Shown: positions 61,282 to 64,000 of the stretch, piece by piece | How positions within the stretch are numbered: position 1 is the first letter of the stretch | Layout of the letters: every line of letters starts with the position of its first letter | NCBI GenBank assembly: GCA_010093605.1 | Contig: MU004181.1 | Coordinates: forward strand, 248,001-312,000 | Length of the DNA stretch: 64,000 bases | Source: Lophium mytilinum | Lineage: Eukaryota | Direction: 5' to 3' | Notes under the pieces: model-generated | The model's input: only the letters and a program-made list of their open reading frames with translations | Databases searched by the model: none | Told to the model about the DNA's origin: nothing | Program-made: the position numbers and the translations under genes

Positions 61282-62329
61282 AAGACTATGTCCAGGTCCC
61301 AGGCCCACTGAACTTTTAAGAGAATATACGAAGTGTGCAGTCCGCTGGCAGCCCCTGACGAAAGCGCCTACAACAGCGCTCGGTGTTCCAACTTCACAGG
61401 ACTAGATCCTCCGTCCTGCGACTCCACCTCGATCCGGTCCTCACGAAAGCTACAACAATCACGTCGAGGTCTCAGATACTAGCGAAGCTTCTCGACTGTT
61501 AGGTATGCAAGATATGTTTGCCAAGAGGACAAGGAACAAAAGGGCTTCCCGAGAACAAAAGCGTTGAACACCACCTCCTTTCCCTTCCCCGGATTCCCTT
61601 CCTCTCCCCTGCCCCCTCTTTCCACTCCCATTCCCCTTCTCGGATTCTAGTCCTAATGTCACTACCTTTCCTCCCCTGCTTGCTGCCCCATCTGGGCGAT
61701 CTTTCATCACAGGAAAGGTATTATGATGTCCTTTGGTAACTTGTAGCCGACTGCGCTCTATGGGAGCCAATGGTGGACATATTCCCTTCTTCTCTTACAG
61801 TACTGTTTTAGCTACTCACGGTAGACCACGGCAACATGTAGAAACGATACAAGTTACTATGATTCTGGCGATATGTACAATGGTGATACAGAGACTAACT
61901 TTGAACAAATACCCTGATTCAATGCCGGAGATGCCCGTGGTATGCCGTAAACCCATCCTTATCGACCCCCGAGATAACGATTCCTACAGCACTACCACGC
62001 TCGACCTCGTGCACATGGAACCTGTCATTCTATTCCCAAGAAACCCCCGTCAACTAATGCTGGTCTGCTTTTCAAGCATAATCGTGCAACGGCGCTCATA
62101 CTCAAATCTGGCACCCGTAGTTGATTCCGCACCCAGGACATCGCCGCTCATACAACCAGTATCACCTCGAACATGCGCGACAGTCCGAGAACCTCCCTTT
62201 GCAAGTTCGTCGCCTCATCGCCGTTTCGTTCCTCGTTTCTCGTCCCTCGTCCCCTCAACACCTGGCTACCGCGCTCCACCTCTACACGTTCCCAGAATTG
62301 CACCACCACGGTCCTCGTTTGCCCGTCCA

Positions 62330-63015
62330 AACTTTACGTTCGAAGCCCATAGCATCGCCAATCTCGCATTCAGAAGGGTGCAAAACTACTGAATTAGGGC
62401 GTCCGCCCAAATACAACTGCCCCGATGAGGAGGAGCTCGAATGGAGACGGGTCCTCCGCTTCGCTTCGGATATCTCTATGTCTTTCTCCGGCGTTATTGC
62501 GGCTCGATACGACCCATCCAATCCTGAGAATATCCATCGGCAGTAGGCTTCAAGATTGAAAGGGCCGGCACTTCGTGGGGACACAATACCAACATTCCAT
62601 TTCTTGCGATAGAGCTCGTTCTCAAGCGCCGAGCCGGCATCGTGCTTGGCCACCCGCGAAAAGAGGACATTCTTCGCGCGCACTATAGCCTCATGGCTGT
62701 AGGTGGGATGAACACCATGCGCATCCTCGCTCGCTGGAAGCTTCACGACGACCGCGGAGAGCAGGCTGCCGATCGTTTGAGCCGACGTTTCAGCATGACC
62801 TCGTGACAAGTTTGTGGAATTCCGTTCACCTGCCGAAGGTGACCGGGATGGCGGCATTGGGCATTGTGAGGGGAGAGGCATTCTTCCGTCTGCGCCTCAA
62901 CTTGCGCAGCTTCGACGTCGCCGACAATCGGGTCGCTGACCGTGTGGGGAATCTGTTTCCACTCTTCCTTGAGTTCGTGACGGGTTCTGCTGAAATGGAA
63001 TGGAACACTAGATGA
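62330..63015 (+). pseudogene. Probable frameshifted hypothetical gene
   Basis: Three consecutive protein-like plus-strand frames: ELGRPPKYNCPDEEELEWRRVLRF..NPE / YPSAVGFKIERAG..MRILARW / LVTSLWNSVHLPK..MEWNTR*. The strand is not certain, because a 199-aa minus ORF overlaps. Confidence 0.4.
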
Positions 63016-64000
63016 GGTTTGGCTCTGTGTACCACGTCAGATGCTAGGTTGGAAACTCCTTCACGCTGACGGTTTTGAGGATGATGGGGAGGGCGAAACG
63101 GAGGGGAGTGAGGCACAGCATGGTGTGACGGTCACTGAAAACGAGGAAAGAGAAAAGAGACTTCACTCAAGGTTGAGTAGGAGTCATTGAGGGGGTAGTT
63201 TGATGCTGGAAATGTTGTCTTTCTTGCTTCCCTTTCCATCTTTCCTTCGTTTTCTCATGAAAATAGGAAGGTTTCCAGCAGAACTACTCTCCCTTTCATT
63301 CAGGGCCGCAGAATCCCTCGCAAGGAATGCACCCTTAAGATCAGCCTCGTGATGCGCGATGATTGCCAACTAGCTAACACCGTCAACATATTCCTGAGAA
63401 TGCGTAAAGATGGGATGTATACTTCACCGGGGACAGGTTCAGGAATGGAGATGCGTCATTCGCCACACCAATATAGAGGACCTTCGCAAAGACATGGTAT
63501 TTAAGTAAGCAGATGATCTCAGTACTCTCATGTCGATGTTGAAGATTTGGAAATTACCGTAAAGTTCATCACCTTTTACCAGATTTGAAAGCCGCCAATG
63601 ACCTTCCAACGTCGCAAAAGGGCGAACCATTCCGCCTCTGCGATGGGCTCGTATGAAGAAGATGCGAGAATCGTTCCTCTCTAAGAGCAAGGGCTTCCGC
63701 TTCAATGTCGTAGTGTAGCGATCGTCTGCAGTTGGCGACGGGGTTGGCGGCCAGGCTGCGCTGCCGGGGGTGTCCTCCCCGTCTAGCCTACGCCCCAGAC
63801 ATGCCGACCAAGCGCCTATATACAATGGATCAATGGATTCTCATCCTCATCAGAGGTGCCATCGAAGGCTTTGCTGCTGCGCAGCGTAATCCTCACCTGC
63901 CCAGTGCTCCCTCTGCCATACCGCCCGCCCACCGCGGGGGCTCGCCCCAACCCCGTGACCCTCCCCAAAACCCCGATGACGTCCCCAACTCCCCCAAACC

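Noticed and set aside
1..64000. Starship, Helitron or LTR element framing the region
   Set aside because: No tyrosine recombinase, Rep/helicase, reverse transcriptase, integrase or transposase motif recognised; boundaries could lie outside the window.
63900..64000. Telomeric repeat at the window end
   Set aside because: C-rich, but no CCCTAA array.

Overview
Intron-containing fungal genomic DNA (short GT..CTRAC..YAG introns of about 45-90 nt, consistent with a filamentous ascomycete). It looks like a fast-evolving accessory-type region, and I found no intact housekeeping gene. Three things dominate. (1) A divergent gene family: five apparently intact members (27251-28444, 32170-33392, 35418-36473, 36857-37871, 60159-61281) plus decayed copies. 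They share an F-box/2EXR-like 'F..LP.E.R..(I/V)Y' motif placed just after a phase-0 intron, an unnamed conserved core and a helical tail. (2) Many broken, intron-retaining, rearranged fragments whose recognisable parents are all nuclear pre-mRNA processing factors: RBM39/Pad-1 (several pieces, one locus in permuted order), SPF30 (two pieces), SmE, RBM26/27 and probably the Prp4 kinase N-terminus (two pieces). (3) Several exon-sized degenerate tandem duplications (periods about 100, 109, 163, 289, 336 and 365-421 bp) and one 821-bp MITE-like element with 101-bp TIRs and an 8-bp TSD. All homology calls come from manual translation and remembered family motifs; no database search was run.
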